A stretch of 64,000 nucleotides of DNA from NCBI RefSeq assembly GCF_009914755.1, contig NC_060933.1; one strand, given 5' to 3'. Positions 53,290 through 64,000 of the stretch are shown here, piece after piece. The stretch comes from the human T2T-CHM13v2.0 reference genome, Homo sapiens. Under the pieces are notes generated by a model that saw only the letters and a program-made list of their open reading frames with translations, did not search any database and was not told where the DNA came from. Position 1 is the stretch's first letter. Each line of letters opens with the position of its first letter. The position numbers and the translations under genes were made by a program.

Positions 53290-56200
53290 CTCCATTCCAT
53301 TCCTTTCCATTCCATTCCATTCCATGTCATTCCACTCGCGTTGATTCCATTCCCTTCCATTCCATTAGAGTTGAATCCATTCCATTCCATTCCATTCCAT
53401 TCGATGCCATTCCATTGCACACGGGTTCATTCCATTCCATTCCTTTCTGTTCCATTCCGGATGACTCCATTCCATTGCATTCCATTCCATTCCATTCCCC
53501 TGCACTCGGGTTCATTACATTCCATTCCATTTACTTCCATTCCATTCCATTCCATTCCATTCCATTCCATTCTATTCGGGTTAATTCCATTCGATTCCAT
53601 TCCATTCCATTCCATTCCATTCCATTCCATTCCATTGCAATCGAGTTGATTCCATTCCATTCCATTCCATTCCGGATGATTCCATTCCATTGCCTTCAAT
53701 TCCATTCCATTCCCCTGCAGTCGGGTTGATTCCATTCCATTCCATTCCATTCCCTTTCATTCCATTCCATTTCGTTCCATTCCATTCTATTCCGTACCAT
53801 TCCATTCCATTCCATTCCATTCCATACCATTCTATTCGGGTTAATTCCATTCCATTCCATTCCATTCCATTCCATTCCATTCCATTCCATTCCATTCCAT
53901 TCCATTCCATTCCATTGCAATCGAGTTGATTCCATTCCATTCCATTCAATTCCGGATGATTCCATTCCATTGCCTTCAATTCCATTCCATTCCCCTGCAC
54001 TCGGGTTGATTCCATTCCATTCCATTCCATTCCATTCCATTCCATTCCATTTCATTCCATTCCATTTCTTTCCATTCCATTCTATTCCGTACCATTCCAT
54101 TCCACTCCATTCCATTCCATTCCATTCCATTCCATTCCATTCCATTCCATGCCATTCCACTCGCGTTGATTCCATTCCCTTCCATTCCATTAGAGTTGAA
54201 TCCATTCCATTCCATTCCATTCCATTCCATTCCACACGGGTTCATTCCATTCCATTCCATTCCATTCCCTTCCATTCCATTTCGTTACATTCCATTCTAT
54301 TCCGTACCATTCCATTCCATTCCATTCCACTCCATTCCATGCCATTCCACTCGGGTATATTCCATTCCTTTTAATTCCATTCGGGTTGAATCCATTCCAT
54401 TCCATTCCATTCCATTCGATTCCATTACATTGCACTCGGGTTGATTCCATTCCATTCCATTCCATTACATTTCATTCCATTCCATTCCATTCCATTTCAT
54501 TCAATTCCATTCCATTCAATGCCATTCCACTCGTGTTGATTCCATTCCTTTCCATTCCATTACATTTCATTCCATTCCATTCCATTCCATTTCATTCAAT
54601 TCCATTCCATTCCATGCCATTCCACTCGTGTTGATTCCATTCCTTTCCATTCCATTCGAGTTGAACCCATTCCATTCCATTCCATTCCATTCCATTCCAT
54701 TGCACGCGGGTTCATTCCATTCCATTCCGTTCCATTCCATTCCATTCCATTCCATTCCATTCCATTCCATTCCATTACATTCCATTTCGTTCCATTCCAT
54801 TCTATTCCGTACGATTCCATTGCATTCCATTCCATTCCATTCCTTTCCATTCCATTGAAATCGAGTTGATTCCATTCCATTCCGTTCCATTCCATTCCAT
54901 TCCATTCCATTCCGGATGATTCCATTCCACTGCATTCCATTCCTTTAAATTCCCCTGCACTTGGGGTGATTCCTTTCCATTCTATTCCATTCCATTCCAT
55001 TCCATTGCATTCCATTCCATTCCATTCCATTCCATTTCATTGCAATCGAGTTGATTCCATTGCATTCCATTCCATTCCATTCCAGTCCTTTCCATTCCAT
55101 TCCACTCGGGATGATTCCATTCTATTCCTTTCCATTCCATTCGATTCCATTCCATTCCACTCTGGTTGATACCACTCCTTTTCATTCCACTCGAAAACAT
55201 TCCCTTCTATTCCACTCGGAATGATTCCATTCCATTCCATTCCATTCCATTCCATTCCATTCCATTCCATTCCGTTTCGTTCCATTACATTCTATTCCGT
55301 ACCATTCCACTCCATTCCATTCCATTACATTTCATACCATTCCTCTCGGGTTGATTCCATTCCTTTCCATTCCATTCGGGTTGAATCCATTCCATTCCAT
55401 TCCTTTCCATTCCATTCCATTCCATTGCACTCGGGTTGATTCCATTCCATTCCATTCCGTTCCATTACGGATGACTCCATTCCATTGCATTCCATTCCAT
55501 TCCATTCCCCTGCACTCGGTTTCATTACATTCCATTCCATTCACTTCCATTCCATTCCATTCCATTCCATTCCATTCCATTCCATTCCATTCCATTCCAT
55601 TTCAATCGAGTTGATTCCATTCCATTCCATTCCATTCCATTCAATTCCGAATGATTTCATTCCATTGCCTTCCATTCCATTCCATTCCCCTGCACTCGGG
55701 TTGATTTCATTCCATTCCATTCCATTCCATTCCATTCCATTCCATTCCATTCCATTCCATTTCGTTCCATTCCATTCTATTCCGTACCATTCCATTCCAT
55801 TCCATTCCATTCCATTCCATTCCATTCCATTTCCGTCCATTCCATTCCATTCCATTCCATTCCATTCCATTCCATTTCCTTCCATTCCATTCCATTCCAT
55901 TCCATTCCATTCCATTCCATTCCATTCCATTCCATTCTATTAGGGTTAATTCCATTCCATTCCATTCCATTCCATTGCATTCCATTCCATTCCATGCCAT
56001 TCCACTCGGGTTGATTCCATTCCTTTCCATTCCATTCGAGTTGAATCCATTCCATTCCATTCTATTCCATTCCATTCCTTTCCATTCCATTCAATTCCAT
56101 TCTATTCCGGTTAATTCCATTCCATTCCATTCCATTCCATTCCATTTCATTGCAATCGAGTTGATTCCATTGCATTCCATTCCATTCCATTGCAGTCCTT

Positions 56201-59200
56201 TCCATTCCATTCCACTCAGGTTGATTCCATTCTATTCCTTTCCATTCCATTCGATTGCATTCCATTCCACTCGATTCCATTCCATTCCATTCTGGTTGAT
56301 TCCATTCCTTTTCATTCCACTCGAAAACATTCCCTTCTATTCCACTCGGAATGATTCCATTCCATTCCATTCCATTCCATTTCGTTCCATTACATTCTAT
56401 TCTGTACCATTCCACTCCATTCCATTCCATTCCATTCCATGCCATTCCTCTCGGGTTGATTCCATTCCTTTCCATTCCATTCGGGTTGAATCCATTCCAT
56501 TCCATTCCTTTCCATTCCATTCCATTCCATTGCACTCGGGTTGATTCCATTCCATTCCATTCCGTTCCATTCCGGATGACTCCATTCCATTGCATTCCAT
56601 TCCATTCCATTCCCCTGCACTCGGTTTCATTACATTCCATTCCATTCACTTCCATTCCATTCCATTCCATTCCATTCCATTCCATTCCATTTCAATCGAG
56701 TTGATTCCATTCCATTCCATTCCATTCCATTCAATTCCGAATGATGTCATTCCATTGCCTTCCATTCCATTCCATTTCCCTGCACTCGGGTTGATTCCAT
56801 TCCATTCCATTCCATTCCATTCCATTCCATTCCATTCCATTCCATTTCGTTCCATTCCATTCTATTCCGTACCATTCCATTCCATTCCATTCCATTCCAT
56901 TCCATTCCATTCCATTCCATTCCATTTCCTTCCATTCCATTCCATTCCATTCCATTCCATTCCATTCCATTCTATTAGGGTTAATTCCATTCCATTCCAT
57001 TCCATTCCATTCCATTCCATGCCATTTCACTCGGGTTGATTCCATTCCTTTCCATTCCATTCGAGTTGAATCCATTCCATTCCATTCCATTCCATTCCAT
57101 TCCATTGCACACGGGTTCATTCCATTCCATTCCATTCCATTCCATTTCGTTCCATTCCATTCTATTCCATACCATTCCATTCCATTCCATTCCATTAGAC
57201 TCCATTCCATGCCATTCCACTCGGGTTTATTCCATTCCTTTCCATTCCATTCGGGTTGAATCCATTCCATTCCATTCCAATCCATTCCATTCGATTCCAT
57301 TACATTGCACTCGTGTTATTTCCATTCCATTCCATTCCATTCCATTCCATTCCATTCCATTCCATGGCATTCCACTCGGGTTGATTCCATTCCATTCCAT
57401 TCCATTCGAGTCGAACCCATTCCATTCCATTCCATTCCATTCCATTCCATTCCATTCCATTCCATTCCATTGCACACGGTTTCATTCCATTCCATTCCAT
57501 TCCATTCTATTCCATTTCGTTCCATTCCATTCTATTCCGTACCATTCCATTCCATTCCATTCCATTCCCCTCCATTTCATTCCATTCCATGCCATTCCAC
57601 TCGGGTTTATTCCATTCCTTTCCATTCCGTTCGGGTTGAATCCATTCCTTTCCATTCCATTCCGTTCAATTCCATTCCATTGCACTCGGGTTGATTCCAT
57701 TCCATTCCATGCCATTCCATTTCATTCCGTTCCATTCCATTCCATTACATTCGGATTGATTCTTTTCAATTCCCTTACACTCCATTACATTCCATTCCAT
57801 TCGGGTAGTTTCCATTCCATTCGATTCCATTACACTCCATTGCATTGCACTCAGGTTGATTGATTCCATTCTATTGCATTCCATTCCATTCAATTCCATT
57901 CCGGATGATTCCATTCCATTGCATTCCATTCCATTCCATTTCATTCCATTCCATTCCATTCCCCTGCACTCGGGTTGATTCCATTCCATTCCATTCCATT
58001 CCATTCCGTTCCATTCCATTCCATTCCATTCCATTCCATTCCATTCCATTCCATTCCATTCTGTTCAGGTTAATTCCATTCCATTCCATTCCCTTCCATT
58101 CCATTCCATTCCATTCCATTCCATTCCATTCCATTGCAATCTAGTTGATTCCATTGCATTCCATTCCATTCCATTCCATTGCATTCCATTGCATTCCATT
58201 CCCCTGCACTCAGGTTGATTCCATTCCATTCCATTCCATTCCATTCCATTCTATTCGGGTTAATTCCATTCCATTCCATTCCCTTACATTCCATAGCAAT
58301 CGAGTTGATTCCATTCCATTCCATTCCATTCCATTCCATTCCATTCCATTCCATTCCATTCCATTCAAGTCCTTTCCATTCCATTCCACTCGTTTTGATT
58401 CCATTTTATTAGTTTCCATTCCATTCCATTCCATTCCAATCCACTCTGGTTGATTCCATTCCTTTCCATTCCACTCGAATTCATTCCCTTGTATTCCACT
58501 CGGAATGATTGCATTCCATTCCATTCCATTCCATTCCATTCCATTCCATTCCATTTCGTTCCATTGCATTCTATTCCGTACCATTCCATTCCATTCCATT
58601 CCATGCCATTCCACTCGGGTTGATTCCATGGCTTTCCATTCCATTTGGGTTGAATCCATTCCATTCCATTCCATTCCATTCCATTCCATTCCATTCTATT
58701 CCATTGCACTAGGTTTGATTCCATTCCACTGCATTCCATTCCATTCCATTCCATTCCATTCCGTTCCATTCCATTCCATTCCATTACATTCGGATTGATT
58801 GTATTCAATTCCCTTACACTCCATTTCATTCCATTCCATTCAGGTTGTTTCCATTCCATTCCAATCCATTCCACTCCATTCCATTGCACTCGGGTTGATT
58901 GCATTCCATTCCATTCCATTCTATTCCATTTCCTTCCATTCCATTCTATTCGGTACCATTCCATTCCATTCCATTCCAATCCATTCCATTCCATGCCATT
59001 CCACTTGGGTTGATTCCCTTCCTTTCCATTCCATTCGGGTTGAATCCATTCCATTCCATTCCATTCCATTCCATTCCTTTCCATTTCATTGCACACCGGT
59101 TGGTTCCATTCCGTTCCTTTCCGTTCCATTCCGGATGACTCCGTTCAATAGCATTCCATTCCATTCCATTCCATTCCCCTGCACTCGGGTTCATTACCTT

Positions 59201-62200
59201 CCATTCCATTTACTTCCATTCCATTCCATTCCATTCTATTCGGGTTAATTCCATTCCATTCCATTCCATTCCATTCCATTCCATTCCATTCCATTCCATT
59301 CCATTGCAATCGAGTTGATTCCATTCCATTCCATTCAATTCCGGATGATTCCATTCCATTGCCTTCAATTCCATTCCATTCCCCTGCACTCGGGTTGATT
59401 CCATTCCATTCCATTCCATTCCATTCCATTTCATTCCATTCCATTTCGTTCCTTTCCATTCTATTCCGTACCATTCCATTCCATTCCATTCCATTCCATT
59501 CCATTCCATGCCATTCCACTCGGGTTGATTCCATTCCTTTCCATTCCATTCGAGTTCAATCCATTCCAATCCATTCCATTCCATTCGATTCCATTCCATT
59601 GCACACGCGTTCATTCCATTCCATTACATTCCATTCCATTCCATTAAATTCCATTCCATTTCCTTCCATTCCATTCTATTCCGTACCATTCCATTCCATT
59701 CCATTCCATTCTATTCCACTCCATTCCATGCCATTCCACTCGGGTTTATTCCATTCCTTTCCATTCCATTCTGGTTGAATCCATTCCATTCCATTCCATT
59801 CCATTCGATTCCATTACATTGCACTCGGGTTGATTCCATTCCATTCCATTCCTTTACATTTCATTCCATTCCACTCCATTCCATGCCATTCCACGCGGGT
59901 TTATTCCATTCCTTTCCATTACATTCGTGTTGAATCCATTCCATTCCATTCCATTCCATTCGATTCCATTACACTGCACTCGGGTTGATTCCATTCCATT
60001 CCATTACATTACATTTCATTCCATTCCATTCCATTCCATTCCATTCCATTCCATTCCATTCCATGCCATTCCACTCGTGTTGATTCCATTCCTTTCCATT
60101 CCATTCGAGTTGAACCCATTCCATTCCATTCCATTCCATTCCATTCCATTCCATTGCACACGGGTTCATTCCATTCCATTCCATTCCATTCCGTTCCATT
60201 CCATTCCGTTCCATTCCATTCCATTCCATTCTGTTCAGGTTAATTCCATTCTATTCCTTTCCCTTCCATTCCATTCCATTCCATCCCATTGCAATCGAGT
60301 TGATTCCATTGCATTCCATTCCATTACATTCCATTGCATTCCATTCCATTCCATTCCCCTGCACTCAGGTTGATTCCATTCGATTCCATTCCATTCCATT
60401 CCATTCCGTTCCTTTCCATTCCATTCCATTCTATTCGCGTTAATTGCATTCCATTCCATTCCATTACATTCCATTGCAATCGAGTTGATTCCATTCCATT
60501 CCGTTCCATTCCATTCCATTCCATTCCATTTCGGTCCATTCTGTTCTATTCCGTTCCATTCCATTCCATTCCATTCCATTCCATTCCATTCCATTCCATT
60601 CCATGCGATTCCACTCGGGTTGATTCCATTGCTTTCCATTCCATTTGGATTGAATCCATTCCATTCCATTCCATTCCATTCCATTCCATTCCATTCCATT
60701 GCACTAGGTTTGATTCCATTCCACTGCATTCCATTCCATTCCATTCCATTCCGTTCCATTCCATTCCATTACATTCGGATTGATTTTATTCAATTCCCTT
60801 ACACTCCATTTCATTCCATTCCATTCGGGTTGTTTCCATTCCATTCCATTCCATTCCACTCCATTCCATTGCACTCGGGTTGATTCCATTCCATTCCATT
60901 CCATTCTATTCCATTTGGTTCCATTCCATTCTATTCGGTACCATTCCATTCCATTCCATTCCATTCCATTCCATGCCATTCCACTTGGGTTGATTCCCTT
61001 CCTTTCCATTCCATTTGGGTTGAATCCATTCCATTCCATTCCATTCCATTCCATTCCATTCCATTCCATTCCATTCCTTTCCATTCCATTGCACACGGGT
61101 TGATTCCATTCCATTCCTTTCTGTTCCATTCCGGATGACTCCATTCCATTGCATTCCATTCCATTCCATTCCCCTGCACTCGGGTTCATTACATTCCATT
61201 CCATTTACTTCCATTCCATTCCATTCCATTCCATTCCATTCTATTCGGGTTAATTCCATTCCATTCCATTCCATTCCATTCCATTCCATTCCATTCCATT
61301 CCATTCCATTCCATTCCATTCCATTGCAATCGAGTTGATTCCATTCCATTCCATTCAATTCCGGATGATTCCATTCCATTGCCTTCAATTCCATTCCATT
61401 CCCCTGCAGTCGGGTTGATTCCATTCCATTCCATTCCATTCCATTCCATTTCATTCCATTCCATTTGGTTCCATTCCATTCTATTCCGTACCATTCCATT
61501 CCATTCCATTCCATTCCATTCCATTCTATTCGGGTTAATTCCATTCCATTCCATTCCATTCCATTCCATTCCATTCCATTCCATTGCAATCGAGTTCATT
61601 CCATTCCATTCCATTCAATTCCGGATGATTCCATTCCATTGCCTTCAATTCCATTCCATTCCCCTGCACTCGGGTTGATTCCATTCCATTCCATTCCATT
61701 CCATTCCATTCCATTCCATTCCATTTCATTCCATTCCATTTCGTTCCATTCCATTCTATTCCGTACCATTCCATTCCACTCCATTCCATTCCTTTCCATT
61801 CCATTCCATTCCATGCCATTCCACTCGCGTTGATTCCATTCCCTTCCATTCCATTAGAGTTGAATCCATTCCATTCCATTCCATTCCATTCGATTCCATT
61901 CCATTGCACACGGGTTCATTCCATTCCATTCCTTTCTGTTCCATTCCGGATGACTCCATTCCATTGCATTCCATTCCATTCCATTCCCCTGCACTCGGGT
62001 TCATTACATTCCATTCCATTTACTTCCATTCCATTCCATTCCATTCCATTCCATTCCATTCTATTCGGGTTAATTCCATTCCATTCCATTCCATTCCATT
62101 CCATTCCATTCCATTCCATTGCAATCGAGTTGATTCCATTCCATTCCATTCATTTCCGGATGATTCCATTCCATTGCCTTCAATTCCATTCCATTCCCCT

Positions 62201-64000
62201 GCAGTCGGGTTGATTCCATTCCATTCCATTCCATTCCATTTCATTCCATTCCATTTCGTTCCATTCCATTCTATTCCGTACCATTCCATTCCATTCCATT
62301 CCATTCCATTCCATTCTATTCGGGTTAATTCCATTCCATTCCATTCCATTCCATTCCATTCCATTCCATTCCATTCTATTCTGGTTAATTCCATTCCATT
62401 CCATTCCATTCCATTCCATTCCATTCCATTCCATTCCATTCCATTCCATTCCATTGCAATCGAGTTGATTCCATTGCATTCCATTCAATTCCGGATGATT
62501 CCATTCCATTGCCTTCAATTCCATTCCATTCCCCTGCACTCGGGTTGATTCCATTCCATTCCACTCCATTCCATTCCATTCCATTCCATTTCATTCCATT
62601 CCATTTCTTTCCATTCCATTCTATTCCGTACCATTCCATTCCACTCCATTCCATTCCATTCCATTCCATTCCATTCCATTCCATTCCATGCCATTCCACT
62701 CGCGTTGATTCCATTCCCTTCCATTCCATTAGAGTTGAATCCATTCCATTCCATTCCATTCCATTCCATTCCATTCCATTCCATTCCATTGCACACGGGT
62801 TCATTCCATTCCATTCCATTCCATTCCCTTCCATTCCATTTCGTTACATTCCATTCTATTCCGTACCATTCCATTCCATTCCATTCCACTCCATTCCATG
62901 CCATTCCACTCGGGTATATTCCATTCCTTTTAATTCCATTCGGGTTGAATCCATTCCATTCCATTCCATTCCATTCCATTCCATTACATTGCACTCGGGT
63001 TGATTCCATTCCATTCCATTCCATTACATTTCATTCCATTCCATTCCATTCCATTTCATTCAATTCCATTCCATTCCATGCCATTCCACTCGTGTTGATT
63101 CCATTCCTTTCCATTCCATTACATTCCATTCCATTCCGTTCCATTCCATTCCATTCCATGCCATTCCATTCCATTCCATTCCATTACATTCCATTTCGTT
63201 CCATTCCATTCTATTCCGTACGATTCCATTGCATTCCATTCCATTCCATTCCTTTCCATTCCATTGAAATCGAGTTGATTCCATTCCATTCCGTTCCATT
63301 CCATTCCATTCCATTCCATTCCGGATGATTCCATTCCACTGCATTCCATTCCATTAAATTCCCCTGCACTTGGGGTGATTCCTTTCCATTCTATTCCATT
63401 CCATTCCATTCCATTCCATTCCATTCCATTCCATTTCATTGCAATCGAGTTGATTCCATTGCATTCCATTCCATTCCAGTCCTTTCCATTCCATTCCACT
63501 CGGGTTGATTCCATTCTATTCCTTTCCATTCCATTCGATTCCATTCCATTCCACTCTGGTTGATACCATTCCTTTTCATTCCACTCGAAAACATTCCCTT
63601 CTATTCCACTCGGAATGATTCCATTCCATTCCATTCCATTCCATTCCATTCCATTCCGTTTCGTTCCATTACATTCTATTCCGTACCATTCCACTCCATT
63701 CCATTCCATTCCATTCCATGCCATTCCTCTCGGGTTGATTCCATTCCTTTCCATTCCATTCGGGTTGAATCCATTCCTTTCCATTCCTTTCCATTCCATT
63801 CCATTCCATTGCACTCGGGTTGATTCCATTCCATTCCATTCCATTCCATTGCACACGGGTTCATTCCATTCCATTCCATTCCATTCCGTTCCATTCCATT
63901 CCGTTCCATTCCATTCCATTCCATTCTATTCGGATTAATTCCATTCCATTCCATTCCATTCCATTCTATTCCATTCCATTGCAATCGATTTGAATCCATT
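53277..64000 (+). repeat. Near-identical copy of 30330-41048 (second macro-repeat unit, truncated by the window end)
   Basis: Dozens of identical ORF artefacts at offset 22947 or 22952 (30380/53327, 33023/55975, 37288/60235, 40724/63676). Differences are whole-pentamer indels and at least one substitution (~55467). Confidence 0.95.

Larger units (their letters stand above)
1..64000 (+). repeat. Satellite III (HSat3) array, (CATTC)n on the + strand / (GGAAT)n on the - strand, pericentromeric heterochromatin type
   Basis: Seen: continuous CATTC pentamers end to end, with recurrent ACTCGGGTTGATTCC, AATCGAGTTG and ATTCGGGTTAATTCC cassettes. No unique sequence and no strand switch. Established: (GGAAT)n with CAACCCGAGT spacers defines human/great-ape satellite III. 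Confidence 0.98.

Noticed and set aside
112-63999. Hundreds of ORFs (MEWNG-repeat on the minus strand, IPFHS-repeat on the plus strand), up to 397 aa
   Set aside because: Three pentamers give 15 nt, or 5 codons, with no stop in any frame, so long ORFs are expected. They overlap in all six frames and show no domain or gene structure. I used them only as alignment landmarks.
1-64000. CRISPR-like appearance of conserved cassettes separated by intervals
   Set aside because: The intervals are pentamer runs and not unique spacers, spacing is irregular, there are no cas genes, and the context is eukaryotic satellite.
1-64000. HSat2 (HSATII), alpha satellite or telomeric repeat
   Set aside because: Long pure CATTC runs with ACTCGGGTTG spacers are HSat3. 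I see no CATTCGATTC-dominated ~23-26 bp HSat2 units, no 171-bp monomers and no TTAGGG tracts.
1-64000. Assignment to a specific chromosome such as 9q12 or an acrocentric short arm
   Set aside because: The aperiodic CAACCCGAGT-rich pattern is compatible with such arrays but cannot be assigned, nor human told from great ape, without subfamily k-mer matching or alignment to T2T assemblies.
1-64000. Annotating a SatIII lncRNA gene on the minus strand
   Set aside because: Stress-induced G-rich SatIII transcripts are known for the family, but no start, end or expression of this locus can be read from the sequence.

Overview
The whole 64 kb window is classical primate satellite III (HSat3). It is a single-orientation tandem array of the pentamer CATTC (GGAAT on the minus strand), broken by the diagnostic ACTCGGGTTG (CAACCCGAGT) decamer and related variant cassettes. 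I found no credible gene, RNA gene, transposon or CRISPR array, and every ORF in the track is a translation of the pentamer. The real signal is architectural. (1) Two interleaved sequence dialects: domain A at about 1-23.0 kb, 41.0-43.8 kb and 52.0-53.3 kb, and domain B elsewhere. (2) Nested duplications with periods of about 0.28, 0.8, 1.1, 1.22, 2.02, 3.55, 8.4 and 22.95 kb. (3) A ~600 bp templated insertion that carries a copy of the 23 kb repeat junction and is flanked by a ~770 bp duplication. (4) 19 perfect three-unit heat shock elements (TTCnnGAAnnTTC), all in domain A. Alignments and counts were made by eye and from ORF-track offsets, so boundaries are approximate unless stated. Species and chromosome cannot be fixed without a database search.
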